Part shown: piece by piece, positions 1 through 9,459 of the stretch
Layout: each line of letters opens with the position of its first letter
Position numbering within the stretch: position 1 is the stretch's first letter
NCBI GenBank assembly: GCA_905618915.1
Contig: CAJQTI010000046.1
Span: 7,441-71,440 of the forward strand
From: an uncultured Candidatus Pelagibacter sp.
GTDB lineage: Bacteria > Pseudomonadota > Alphaproteobacteria > Pelagibacterales > Pelagibacteraceae
Reading direction: 5' to 3'
Length of the DNA stretch: 64,000 nt
Notes under the pieces: model-generated
What the model was told of the DNA's origin: nothing
What the model saw: the letters and a program-made list of their open reading frames with translations, nothing else
The model's database searches: none
Program-made: the position numbers and the translations under genes

Positions 1-2
1 TG

Positions 3-797
3 CACTCTCATGATTTTAGAGATGCAGAAGAATTTAGAGATAAAAATGTAGTTGTTTTAGGAAGTAGTTACTCTGCAGAAGATGTGGCTCTTCAGTGTCA
101 TAAGTATGGAGCAAAAAGTGTGACAATAGCTTATAGGCATAATCCAATGGGATTTAATTGGCCAAAAGGAATGAAAGAAGTTTATCACCTAGATAGACTT
201 GAAGGCAATAAAGCAATTTTTAAAGATGGGTATGTGCAAGAAGCAGATGCTGTAATTTTATGTACAGGTTATCTTCATCATTTTCCTTTTTTATCTGAAG
301 ATTTAAAATTAAATACAGGAAATAGATTGTATCCACCAAAGTTATATAAAGGTGTGGTTTGGCAGAATAATCACAAATTAATTTACCTAGGCATGCAAGA
401 TCAATTTCATACTTTTAATATGTTTGATTGTCAGGCTTGGTTCGCTAGAGATGTTGTAATGGGAAAAATTAAAGTTCCAAGTGATTCAGAGATTGAAAAA
501 GATATAAATAAATGGGTATCGATGGAAGAAAAATTAGAAAGTGCCGATCAAATGATAGATTTTCAAACTGAGTATACAAAAGAACTTCATACTTTTTCTG
601 ATTATCCAAAAATTGATTTTGAATTGATTAGAAAAACTTTTAAAGAATGGGAGCACCATAAAGTAGAAAATATTATGACTTATAGAAATAAGTCTTTTTC
701 TTCACCAGTAACTGGATCAGTTGGTCCAAAACATCATACTGATTGGGAAGTTGCAATGGACGATTCTTTAAAAACTTTTTTAGATCAACCAAAATAA
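3..797 (+). CDS. tmm: Trimethylamine monooxygenase (bacterial FMO), 5'-truncated by the window edge
   Basis: Frame is open from position 3: HSHDFRDAEEF (FMO fingerprint end), GSSYSAED (NADPH-binding), CTGYLHHFPFL, FDCQAWFARD. Adjacent to tmoXWV and tdm. Confidence 0.92.
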   Translation, partial: HSHDFRDAEEFRDKNVVVLGSSYSAEDVALQCHKYGAKSVTIAYRHNPMGFNWPKGMKEVYHLDRLEGNKAIFKDGYVQEADAVILCTGYLHHFPFLSEDLKLNTGNRLYPPKLYKGVVWQNNHKLIYLGMQDQFHTFNMFDCQAWFARDVVMGKIKVPSDSEIEKDINKWVSMEEKLESADQMIDFQTEYTKELHTFSDYPKIDFELIRKTFKEWEHHKVENIMTYRNKSFSSPVTGSVGPKHHTDWEVAMDDSLKTFLDQPK

Positions 798-857
798 TGA
801 TTTTTTAAACTTGTTGAAGTTTTTCAATAGATCGTTTTCTAAAGTTGAATATTTTAA

Positions 858-3011
858 CTAATCTATACCAAGGTGTTTTTTTCTTTGCCCTACCCATGTT
901 CGAATTAGATGATCAAATACTAAACCTATAAAAGCAACACAAAGACCTAGTGTTAGTCCTATACCCGCACCTTTTTTATCAGATATAGCTTTTAAAATAT
1001 ATTGTCCCAAATCCTCCGTTCCAATAAATGCTCCAATAATTACCATAAATAAAGCAAATACAATTGTTTGATTTAAGCCAAGCATCATATGAGGTAGTGC
1101 TAAGGGGAATTCTATTTTCAACAACCTTTGTATTTTTGTTACACCTGACATTGAAGCTGCATCATGTAAAGAAGGTGGAACGCTTCTTAATCCTTCAATC
1201 GTGTACCTTGTTGCAGGTATAGTTGCGTAAACAACTACTGCAATTAATACCGATGTATCCGTAACTCCAAAAAGCATCATTACTGGAATTAAATATACAA
1301 ATGAAGGGAATGTTTGAAAAATATCACAAACTCCCAACATAAAATTTGTGGAATGCTTATTCTGAAAACATAAAGTTCCAACAGTAAAACCAATTACACA
1401 AGATAGGATAACTCCAAAAGTTGCCATGTATGTAGTAACTAAAGCTCTGTCCCACCATGGACTTAATGCTATAAATAATGTTAATCCTCCAACTACAATA
1501 GCTGAACGTATTCCACCAATTATATAACCTGCTCCCATAACTAGAACAAAAGTTGCAACAATAGGCATACGCAAATAAGCAGCTCGCATAGGCTGCAATA
1601 CATCAACTATCAACCATGTATTAAAAATTTTTAAAGTTTGAAAGAAAGTATCCCAAATCCAATCAACTCCTTTATTCCAAAAATCTGCTGTTGATATTCC
1701 TTTGTTGTGAGGAATTTCATATAAATAATTAAAACCTTCTTTAAAATAAAAAGATCCAGCATAAGCAAATATAATTCCAATCAATATTGCACCAGAAAAA
1801 AATATTATATTCTTATAACGCTGAAAAAAAGTTAGATTACCAAAATAATCTATCTGTTTATTTGCCCAAGCTAAAGACAATTTATCTAGCAATATCGCAA
1901 TCAAACTAATGCACAAACCTGCTTCTAGTGCTAATCCGATGTTAAGCTGATTTAAGGCTAATAATAAATTAAATCCTAAACCTTTAGCACCTATAAAGGC
2001 TGAAATGACTGCCATAGAAAAACACACCATGATAACCTGATTCACTCCAATCAAAATGTCTCTTCTTGCAGTTGGGATTAATACTTTAAACATAAGCTGT
2101 AAATTATTACATCCACTCATTCTACCAGCTTCGATAACTTCAGGAGATACACCTCTAAGACCTAATAAAGTCAGTAGTATCATTGGTGGAACAGCCACAA
2201 CCATAGTTATAATTACACCAGCATGATCACCAACTCCAAAAAGAACAATTGCAGGAACTAATACAGCGTATTGAGGCATGGTCTGCATAACTAAAAGTAT
2301 TGGATATAAAGCTTTTTCAACACGTTTACTTTTGAATGCCGCAATCCCTAAGCCCAAACCAAAAATAAAAGATAGTGGTGCTGCTACCAATATAAAAGAA
2401 AGTGTTTGCATCGAAGGTTTCCATTGACCAAAAATAGAAATATAAATCATTACTATAGCAGCAAATAAAGCTAGTCCCTTGCCACTTAATTTATATCCAA
2501 GTATTGCCGCTCCCGCTGCAACAATTGTCCAAGGTAACCCTGGTAATTTTGCCCATGAATTTTCACTTATCCAATCCCAACTTGTAAATGCAACAATAGT
2601 TTCAACGCCACCTAATAAAATCTCTCTAATTAATTCTATGAGAAATGTTATAAATGAAGTTAAATTTCTTGTTATTTGCAAAACTAAAGGTTGGGTTTTA
2701 AATTCTTGAGTATCTTCATTCCAAAATTCTATTGGCATCCAATCATTCATTAAAAAAAATAATGAATCGTTTATCCAGATAGGTAGCCATCCCAGTAAAG
2801 GAGGCAATCTCCAAAAAACATCAAATGCGTAGTATCTTACTTCTGCACCAAAGAGTGTGTAAGTGCTTTGATTAGGATCTTTAATGAATTCTGCTTGACC
2901 TCTAATAAATTTATAAGTTTCTGGAACATCAATTGCAAAGCATAAAGTAAAAAATGCAACCAATAAAAATAGCCATTGAAATAATTTTGGATATTTTTTT
3001 AATAATTCCAT
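858..3011 (-). CDS. tmoV: TMAO ABC transporter permease with two fused ProW-like domains
   Basis: Two permease repeats (MQTMPQYAVL..IEAGRMSG and FQTFPSFVYL..DAASMSG, EAA loops). Located between tmm and the ATPase. Confidence 0.85.
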   Translation of the reverse strand: MELLKKYPKLFQWLFLLVAFFTLCFAIDVPETYKFIRGQAEFIKDPNQSTYTLFGAEVRYYAFDVFWRLPPLLGWLPIWINDSLFFLMNDWMPIEFWNEDTQEFKTQPLVLQITRNLTSFITFLIELIREILLGGVETIVAFTSWDWISENSWAKLPGLPWTIVAAGAAILGYKLSGKGLALFAAIVMIYISIFGQWKPSMQTLSFILVAAPLSFIFGLGLGIAAFKSKRVEKALYPILLVMQTMPQYAVLVPAIVLFGVGDHAGVIITMVVAVPPMILLTLLGLRGVSPEVIEAGRMSGCNNLQLMFKVLIPTARRDILIGVNQVIMVCFSMAVISAFIGAKGLGFNLLLALNQLNIGLALEAGLCISLIAILLDKLSLAWANKQIDYFGNLTFFQRYKNIIFFSGAILIGIIFAYAGSFYFKEGFNYLYEIPHNKGISTADFWNKGVDWIWDTFFQTLKIFNTWLIVDVLQPMRAAYLRMPIVATFVLVMGAGYIIGGIRSAIVVGGLTLFIALSPWWDRALVTTYMATFGVILSCVIGFTVGTLCFQNKHSTNFMLGVCDIFQTFPSFVYLIPVMMLFGVTDTSVLIAVVVYATIPATRYTIEGLRSVPPSLHDAASMSGVTKIQRLLKIEFPLALPHMMLGLNQTIVFALFMVIIGAFIGTEDLGQYILKAISDKKGAGIGLTLGLCVAFIGLVFDHLIRTWVGQRKKHLGID

Positions 3012-3014
3012 AGT

Positions 3015-4046
3015 TTAATCATTACTTTTTTTTCCACCAAAAACTGTACTTATTATTTTTGATGGATGAACAGTGCCAACAATTTGATTGTTTTCATCAA
3101 TTACAGATACTGACTTTTCTTGAGTTAATATTTTTTCAGCTACATTTTCAATTATTTCATTTCTTAAAACTTTTAAATCACTTAAATTTTCATTATTTGG
3201 TTTTTCCATTACATCTTCTATTTTTAAAACCTTCTCTCTAGGAACTTCTTCGGTGAATTTTTTTACGTATTCTGTGGCTGGATTTAACACAATGTTAGCT
3301 GGTGTATCCAGCTGTTCAATTATTCCATCTTTCATTATTGCGATACGATCGGCAAGTTTTAAAGCCTCATCAAAATCATGTGTGATAAACATAATTGTTT
3401 TTTGTAATTTTTCTTGGAGTCTTAAGAATTCATCCTGCATCTCTTTTCTAATTAGTGGGTCTAATGCAGAAAATGGTTCATCTAAAAACCAAATATCAGG
3501 CTCAACGGCTAATGATCGTGCAATACCTACTCTTTGCTGCTGTCCACCAGAAAGCTCTCTTGGAAAATAGTTTTCTCTTCCATCAAGACCAACAAGCTTA
3601 ACCATTTCCATTGCTTTATTAATGCTATCTTTGGTTTTAATACCTTTAATTTGAAGTGGGAAAGCAATATTTTCAACAACTGTTTTATGAGGAAGCAAAG
3701 CAAAACTTTGAAACACCATTCCCATTTTATTTCTTCTAAGTTCAATCAGTTCTTTATTATTTAATGAAAGTAAATCTTGGCCTTCAATGAAAATTTTTCC
3801 TGCAGTTGCATCTGTTAATCTAGAAATACATCTTAATAATGTTGATTTTCCAGAGCCAGATAAACCCATAACAACTAACATTTCTCCTTTTAAAACTTCA
3901 AAAGAAGCATTGTTTACACCTACTATACATCCATTTTCTTGGAATATTTTAGCATCTACATTTCCATTTGCTTCTTGAAGCATTTTTTTGGCATTAGTTC
4001 CAAAAATTTTATAAACAGATTCACATTTAATTACTATATCGGTCAT
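3015..4046 (-). CDS. tmoW: TMAO ABC transporter ATP-binding subunit (ProV-like)
   Basis: GLSGSGKS, LSGGQQQRV, FLDEPFSALD, THDFDEA; gene context. Confidence 0.88.
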   Translation of the reverse strand: MTDIVIKCESVYKIFGTNAKKMLQEANGNVDAKIFQENGCIVGVNNASFEVLKGEMLVVMGLSGSGKSTLLRCISRLTDATAGKIFIEGQDLLSLNNKELIELRRNKMGMVFQSFALLPHKTVVENIAFPLQIKGIKTKDSINKAMEMVKLVGLDGRENYFPRELSGGQQQRVGIARSLAVEPDIWFLDEPFSALDPLIRKEMQDEFLRLQEKLQKTIMFITHDFDEALKLADRIAIMKDGIIEQLDTPANIVLNPATEYVKKFTEEVPREKVLKIEDVMEKPNNENLSDLKVLRNEIIENVAEKILTQEKSVSVIDENNQIVGTVHPSKIISTVFGGKKSND

Positions 4047-4119
4047 AATATTTTAATAAGCTATACGATATAAAAATAAAAAACACTTTTTATATTATTT
4101 GTATTTGTTCTTTCCCTCC

Positions 4120-4671
4120 TTAAAAATTTTTAATAAAGTAAACTCTTGTATCAATTCCAGTACTTAAGAAATTTAAAACCTCTCCACTAACAGTAATTTT
4201 TTCATCTACCCCAACATTATTTCCACTCACTGTAAAACCTGCAAAGCATTTATTATTTTCCTTGTTCCACTTAACAAATGTTTCGTCAATTTTATTTCCA
4301 TTAATAGTATAAATATGATGTGCTCTAAAATTTAAAAAATTGGCACCCATAATTGCACGTTGCGGAATAATTTTTGTTGCTTTACAGACTTTTTCATACT
4401 GATCTGGAGATAATTTATAATGATCAGTTCCATCGTAGAACACTAAGATTCCTGATGGAAGACTTGAAATCAGTTCATTTTGTTTTCTTGTTTCTGCAAT
4501 TCTTTCTTCTTCTTTTTTCATTTTAGCAATCAGTTCTTCACCCTCACCAAAAATATTATTTAAAATAGCAAAAGAAAAAATTACAATAATTGTTAAGATA
4601 ATAAGACCTCCGAACTGTCTAACTGGCTCAGATATCTTCATTAATTTTACTAAATATGTATTTTGTAACAT
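4120..4671 (-). CDS. Hypothetical membrane-anchored protein
   Basis: 183-aa ORF with one N-terminal hydrophobic helix, a short coiled stretch and two Cys. The start may lie at a downstream Met. Confidence 0.65.
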   Translation of the reverse strand: MLQNTYLVKLMKISEPVRQFGGLIILTIIVIFSFAILNNIFGEGEELIAKMKKEEERIAETRKQNELISSLPSGILVFYDGTDHYKLSPDQYEKVCKATKIIPQRAIMGANFLNFRAHHIYTINGNKIDETFVKWNKENNKCFAGFTVSGNNVGVDEKITVSGEVLNFLSTGIDTRVYFIKNF

Positions 4672-4678
4672 TTTTTAA

Positions 4679-5053
4679 TTATTCTTGTAATTTACCATTT
4701 TTCCAAATCCCTATTTTTTCTTTTCCATCAGATCCTGTAAATGTCCCCTCTCCATTCATAAAGCCATTAGCCCATTCCCCATCATAAGTTGCACCGTTTG
4801 GAAAGGTTAAAACACCCTGTCCATTCCACACACTATTTTTAAATTCACCCTTGTAAATATATCCATTAGGCCAAGTCTCAATTCCTTGCCCCTGTTTTTG
4901 CGTACCTATCCAATTCCCTTCATAAGTTGTTTTGTCAGTGTAAGTCCATTTACCGAAACCATCTTTACAATTTCCTTCACAACCTGTCTTTCGAGCTGAC
5001 ACTGTTGTTGCAATTAAACAACTTAAAATTATGTAAAATAAATATTTTTTCAT
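4679..5053 (-). CDS. Secreted MORN-repeat protein
   Basis: Signal peptide followed by repeats YEGNW..GQG, YKGEF..GQG, YDGEW..GEG. Confidence 0.85.
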   Translation of the reverse strand: MKKYLFYIILSCLIATTVSARKTGCEGNCKDGFGKWTYTDKTTYEGNWIGTQKQGQGIETWPNGYIYKGEFKNSVWNGQGVLTFPNGATYDGEWANGFMNGEGTFTGSDGKEKIGIWKNGKLQE

Positions 5054-5063
5054 TTTTTTTTAT

Positions 5064-5507
5064 TTAAGTGCATGAATAAAAAGAAATATTTTTTTCAGGA
5101 TTATCACCTTTTAAACCTATTGTAATTTCATGAACTAATTCACCTGATTTTCTGTTTATTATGCCTGACTCTGAGTAATTTTTTCCTTCATCAAAGGCTT
5201 TGAATAAAACAATGTCTTTATTCACAATTTTAACTTCTAATTTTTTATTTTGTGATAAGAACAGTGACAACCCACTGATCAAAAGTTTTTCTGGTTGTTT
5301 CGCATCAATTTCAAATTTATCTAAATTTTTATCATCTAAATCTTTGGCTAAAAAAGTTTTATAATTATTTTCTGAGTTCTTAATTATTTTTTTTTCTAAC
5401 TCACACACAAAACCAATTTTAATATTTTCTTGTATGTCTATATTTTTTGCAAAAGAAAAATTAAAAGCTAATAAGCTTAGAGATATATATAAAAAAAACT
5501 TTATCAT
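5064..5507 (-). CDS. Hypothetical exported protein
   Basis: Signal peptide (..FSFA). C-terminal IINRKSGE..C motif. Confidence 0.65.
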   Translation of the reverse strand: MIKFFLYISLSLLAFNFSFAKNIDIQENIKIGFVCELEKKIIKNSENNYKTFLAKDLDDKNLDKFEIDAKQPEKLLISGLSLFLSQNKKLEVKIVNKDIVLFKAFDEGKNYSESGIINRKSGELVHEITIGLKGDNPEKNISFYSCT

Positions 5508-5553
5508 TTAATTAATAAGTCCGTAAATTGAATCTGTGCGAAAGCACTATCTT

Positions 5554-5589
5554 AAAAAAAATCCCCCCCAACATTGTTGGGAGAGATTT
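5554..5589 (-). terminator. Intrinsic terminator downstream of tmoX
   Basis: Minus strand AATCTCTCCCAAC-AAT-GTTGGGGGGGATT (with G-U pairs) followed by a T run. Confidence 0.8.
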
Positions 5590-5609
5590 CGATTTATAAA
5601 CTTTTATCC

Positions 5610-6554
5610 TTATTTAGTAAAAGCTTGCCAAACACTCTTGTTATCAGCTAACCATTTTTTAGCCGCATCTTCATGAGTCATTTTGTCAAGGTCAACTAAA
5701 GCTGCCATTGCACCAATGTGACTTGTAGAGAATGACATTTTTTTAAATGCTCCTGCTGCTGCTGGATGTGTTTTTGGAAAATCTGCATTTACAGCTTTTT
5801 TCAAATAACCATCTGGCGAACCACATTTTCCATCACCACCATCTTCTGGTCTGCAACCAGCTGAATATGGAGGGAAGTCTATAAAAGTAAAACCAGCACC
5901 ATCTGTAAAGTTTGGTGTCCAGTTGAATATTATAGTTCCTCTTCCTTCTTTTTCAGCAGATTTAAGTTCAGCCCAAAGTGCATCTGCACTTCCAGCAAAT
6001 TTAACAGTCCAAAGATCTCCAAGTCCTAAAGCATCAACCCTTTGAGGTATTAAATCTCCATGCCAACTTTGTGGACCTTCTAACATTCGTCCTTTTCCAC
6101 CTGAATCAGGTGTAGTAAAGTTTTTAGCACAAGCTGGATTTTTTAATGCAGTCCAGTCTGGAAGACCAGGACATAATCCTTTTTCAACAACCCAGTTTGG
6201 ATATCCCATATCTTCAAGAGTTCTAGCTTCATGATCTCCCCAGTCTACTAAACCACCTTTGTCTAGTGCTGTTGTAAATGATTTACCAAACGCAGATTCC
6301 CACACTTCGTGAGATAAACTTACATCACCAATACGAATTGCTTCATAAACGGCTTGTGAGTCTGTGTTTACATATTTTACATTGTTTCCCATACTTTCAA
6401 AAATTCCACCAATAACGTGAGCCATTACAATTTGGCTTGACCAGTTATGAGTTGGAATAACGATAGGTTTTTTACTATCTGCAGCGTTAGAAACTCCAGC
6501 AAAACTTACAGCTGAAATTACTAAGGCAGATATTAATGATATTATTTTTTTCAT
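5610..6554 (-). CDS. tmoX: TMAO ABC transporter substrate-binding protein
   Basis: Signal peptide; OpuAC-type HNWSSQ, HEVWE, FNWTPNF. Divergent from tdm. RBS AAGGAGAG. Confidence 0.9.
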   Translation of the reverse strand: MKKIISLISALVISAVSFAGVSNAADSKKPIVIPTHNWSSQIVMAHVIGGIFESMGNNVKYVNTDSQAVYEAIRIGDVSLSHEVWESAFGKSFTTALDKGGLVDWGDHEARTLEDMGYPNWVVEKGLCPGLPDWTALKNPACAKNFTTPDSGGKGRMLEGPQSWHGDLIPQRVDALGLGDLWTVKFAGSADALWAELKSAEKEGRGTIIFNWTPNFTDGAGFTFIDFPPYSAGCRPEDGGDGKCGSPDGYLKKAVNADFPKTHPAAAGAFKKMSFSTSHIGAMAALVDLDKMTHEDAAKKWLADNKSVWQAFTK

Positions 6555-6672
6555 TATATTCTCTCTCCTTAATATTAATGTTTAAGTAAGCATGTTCTCA
6601 TTTATTAAATTTATAGTCAATGCCCTTTGATTATATTATGCTAACCCTCAATTATTTAAATTTACACTGGCA

Positions 6673-9000
6673 ATGCTACATACTAGTAAAGATATTAAAA
6701 ATCCTGGTTTAAGAACTTTACCATCTGGAGTTGAAAGATATTATGTAAAAGGTGGCGGTCTCTCAGTTATAGAAGTTTTACCAGATGATAAAATAGAAAT
6801 CATAAATGAAGAAGGAAGACAAATTTGTGAAATAATTGTTTTTAATTCAAAAGGCAAATCTGATTTATCAATTTTAAATTTAAAAGAAAATGCAAATGCT
6901 GACTTTTCAAAAAGAGCTATTGCCAATGATGAAAAAATTTCAAAACTATTTAAGAAAAAAAAATTAGATCTTAATAAAGCAAAATCATCCATTATTTTTA
7001 ATGAAGATTGTTTAATGGGAGAAAAGATTACCCTAACCTCTAAAGACAAATGTATAGTGATGATTGCTGCGCCAGGGAATGCTATGAATGTTCATGAACA
7101 AAATCCACCAACAGATTTAACCGTATTTTTAAGTAAAGCTAAATTTATAGAAACTGATGAGCAGTTTATTTTACCAGAACCTCTTAATGATCCAATAATT
7201 GAGCAACTTATAAAAAGAAGAACTGCAGAAACATATGAGGTAAAAGCTGGAGAATATATTCAGATAATTGATCCAGGTGGAAGACAATGTTCTGATTTTT
7301 TAGCTTTTGATACTCATAAATTAAATGATGGAATTCAAAGTATGTTAAATGATAAATCAACTCGAACATTTATGGGTGGTGCCTACCCTGGCCCAGGTTT
7401 ATTTTCAAAGTTTTATGATGATGATCATCAGGCTATGATTGAAGTAGTTAGAGATACAGTTGGCAAACATGATACTTTTAACCTTGCTTGCACCTCAAAA
7501 TATTATGAGGATATGGGTTATATGGGTCATATAAATTGTACAGACAATTTTAATAAAGGATTAGATAAATATGACATCAATTCTAGGAAAAGTTGGTCTG
7601 CAATAAATCTTTTTTTTAATACTGCAATTGACGCTAACAATGTTGCTTCGTTTGATGAACCTTACTCAAGAGCTGGTGATTATGTATTATTTAGAGCATT
7701 AAGGGATTTAACCTGTGTTTCATCTGCTTGCCCATGTGATGTGGATCCTGCAAATGGTTGGAATCCAACTGATATTTTTGTTAGGACTTATCCTAAGGAA
7801 AAAAAATATTCAAAAGCAATAGCATTTAGAATGAAAACAGACTCAGAGCCCAAACTAACTCAAGAAACTGGATTCCATAAAAGAACTTCTACCTTAACTA
7901 GAAACTTTGTTGAGTATAAAGGTTTTTGGTTAGCTAATAATTTTACAAGTTCTGGAACTATAAATGAATACACGGCTTGTAGAGAGAGTGCAATTGCAAC
8001 TGACCTTTCACCTTTAAGGAAGTTTGAAATTCTAGGTCCCGATGCAGAAAATTTAATGCAATATACATTAACTAGAAATGTTAAAAAATTATCTATTGGT
8101 CAGGTAGTGTATTCAGCAATGTGCTATGAAAATGGATGTATGCTAGATGACGGAACATTATTCAAGTTAGGACAAGATAATTTTAGATGGATAGGTGGAG
8201 ATGAATACAGTGGTGAATGGTTAAAGGAACAAGCAAAAAAGAAAAATTATAAAGTTTGGATAAAATCTGCAACAGATCATATTCACAACATTGCAGTGCA
8301 AGGTCCTAATAGTAGAAAAATCTTAGAAAAATTTGTTTGGACGCCTCCAATACAGCCTAACATTACTGAGCTTGAATGGTTCAGATTTACAATTGCAAGA
8401 ATAGACCATGAAACTGGAACACCTATTATAATTTCAAGAACAGGTTACACTGGTGAACTTGGTTATGAAATATGGTGTCATCCAAAAGATGCCAATGAAG
8501 TTTGGGATAAAGTTTGGGAAGCTGGAAAAGAGTTTGATATTACTCCATTGGGCTTAGAAGCTTTAGACATGGTTCGTATTGAAGCTGGTCTTATTTTCTA
8601 TGGTTACGAATTTGACGATCAAACAGACCCTTTTGAAGCAGGAATTGGATTTACCGTTCCGCTTAAAACTAAAGAAGATGATTTTATTGGTAAAGAAGAA
8701 TTAATTAAAAGAAAAGCAAACCCACAAAAGAAATTAGTTGGCTTAGAATTAGATGGACACGAACCTGCAGCTCATGGTGATAATGCTTATATAGGTCGAG
8801 GTCAAGTTGGTGTAGTAACTAGTGGAATGTTGTCTCCTAAACTAGGAAAAAATATTGCGCTATGCAGAATTGATGTTAAGTATTCTGAAATAGGAACTGA
8901 AGTAGAAATAGGAAAAATTGATGGTCATCAAAAAAGAATTATTGCTACAGTGGTGCCTTTTCCTTTCTATGATCCAACTAAATCTAAAGTCAGAGCTTAA
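6673..9000 (+). CDS. tdm: Trimethylamine N-oxide demethylase (DUF1989 + GcvT domains)
   Basis: HDTFNLAC, NCTDNFN, SSACPCDVDPANGWNPTDI (metal-binding Cys), then a GcvT domain (DLSPLRKFE, SRTGYTGELGYE, RIEAGL). Confidence 0.92.
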   Translation: MLHTSKDIKNPGLRTLPSGVERYYVKGGGLSVIEVLPDDKIEIINEEGRQICEIIVFNSKGKSDLSILNLKENANADFSKRAIANDEKISKLFKKKKLDLNKAKSSIIFNEDCLMGEKITLTSKDKCIVMIAAPGNAMNVHEQNPPTDLTVFLSKAKFIETDEQFILPEPLNDPIIEQLIKRRTAETYEVKAGEYIQIIDPGGRQCSDFLAFDTHKLNDGIQSMLNDKSTRTFMGGAYPGPGLFSKFYDDDHQAMIEVVRDTVGKHDTFNLACTSKYYEDMGYMGHINCTDNFNKGLDKYDINSRKSWSAINLFFNTAIDANNVASFDEPYSRAGDYVLFRALRDLTCVSSACPCDVDPANGWNPTDIFVRTYPKEKKYSKAIAFRMKTDSEPKLTQETGFHKRTSTLTRNFVEYKGFWLANNFTSSGTINEYTACRESAIATDLSPLRKFEILGPDAENLMQYTLTRNVKKLSIGQVVYSAMCYENGCMLDDGTLFKLGQDNFRWIGGDEYSGEWLKEQAKKKNYKVWIKSATDHIHNIAVQGPNSRKILEKFVWTPPIQPNITELEWFRFTIARIDHETGTPIIISRTGYTGELGYEIWCHPKDANEVWDKVWEAGKEFDITPLGLEALDMVRIEAGLIFYGYEFDDQTDPFEAGIGFTVPLKTKEDDFIGKEELIKRKANPQKKLVGLELDGHEPAAHGDNAYIGRGQVGVVTSGMLSPKLGKNIALCRIDVKYSEIGTEVEIGKIDGHQKRIIATVVPFPFYDPTKSKVRA

Positions 9001-9005
9001 ATAAT

Positions 9006-9356
9006 ATGACAGATGAAAAAAAAAGTCTTTTAGACTTCTGGGAGGATCAAGTTAAGCAATCCCACACTTCAAGTAATTATTATTTTAGAAAGTCACCTTC
9101 TCATTATCATTTGATGCTGTTAGTGATGCATGCATATAAGGTTGATGAAAAGCTTTCAGTAGAAGAATTAAAAACAAGACTTTTTAAAACTTCGAGGCCA
9201 AAAGCAGCTTTAATAATTAATGAAGCGTGTATAAAAGGATTCTTCTTTTTAGAAAAAACTTCAACTGATCAGCGAATAAAAAATATTAGGCCAAGTGAAT
9301 CTTTTATTAATGAATTTAATGAATACTTACTCAGACTAAAAAACATAAGCTATTAA
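9006..9356 (+). CDS. Winged-helix (MarR-like) putative DNA-binding protein
   Basis: 116 aa with an SRPKAALIINEA helix and a TDQRIKNI wing (DxR). Starts 5 nt after the tdm stop. Confidence 0.55.
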   Translation: MTDEKKSLLDFWEDQVKQSHTSSNYYFRKSPSHYHLMLLVMHAYKVDEKLSVEELKTRLFKTSRPKAALIINEACIKGFFFLEKTSTDQRIKNIRPSESFINEFNEYLLRLKNISY

Positions 9357-9459
9357 AGGTTTATTTAAGAGCATCACACTTAATTACTATTATATATATA
9401 TATTTTTTTGTTATAAAAATAATCCTATTAATTGTTTTTAAGAAGAATAACCTTTTCTT

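Noticed and set aside
5536-5547. GTGC-GAAA-GCAC mini-hairpin as an ncRNA
   Set aside because: Only a 4-bp stem with no larger structure around it.
9389-9403. (TA)n tract as a contingency repeat
   Set aside because: Short and unsurprising at this AT content; no evidence of phase variation.
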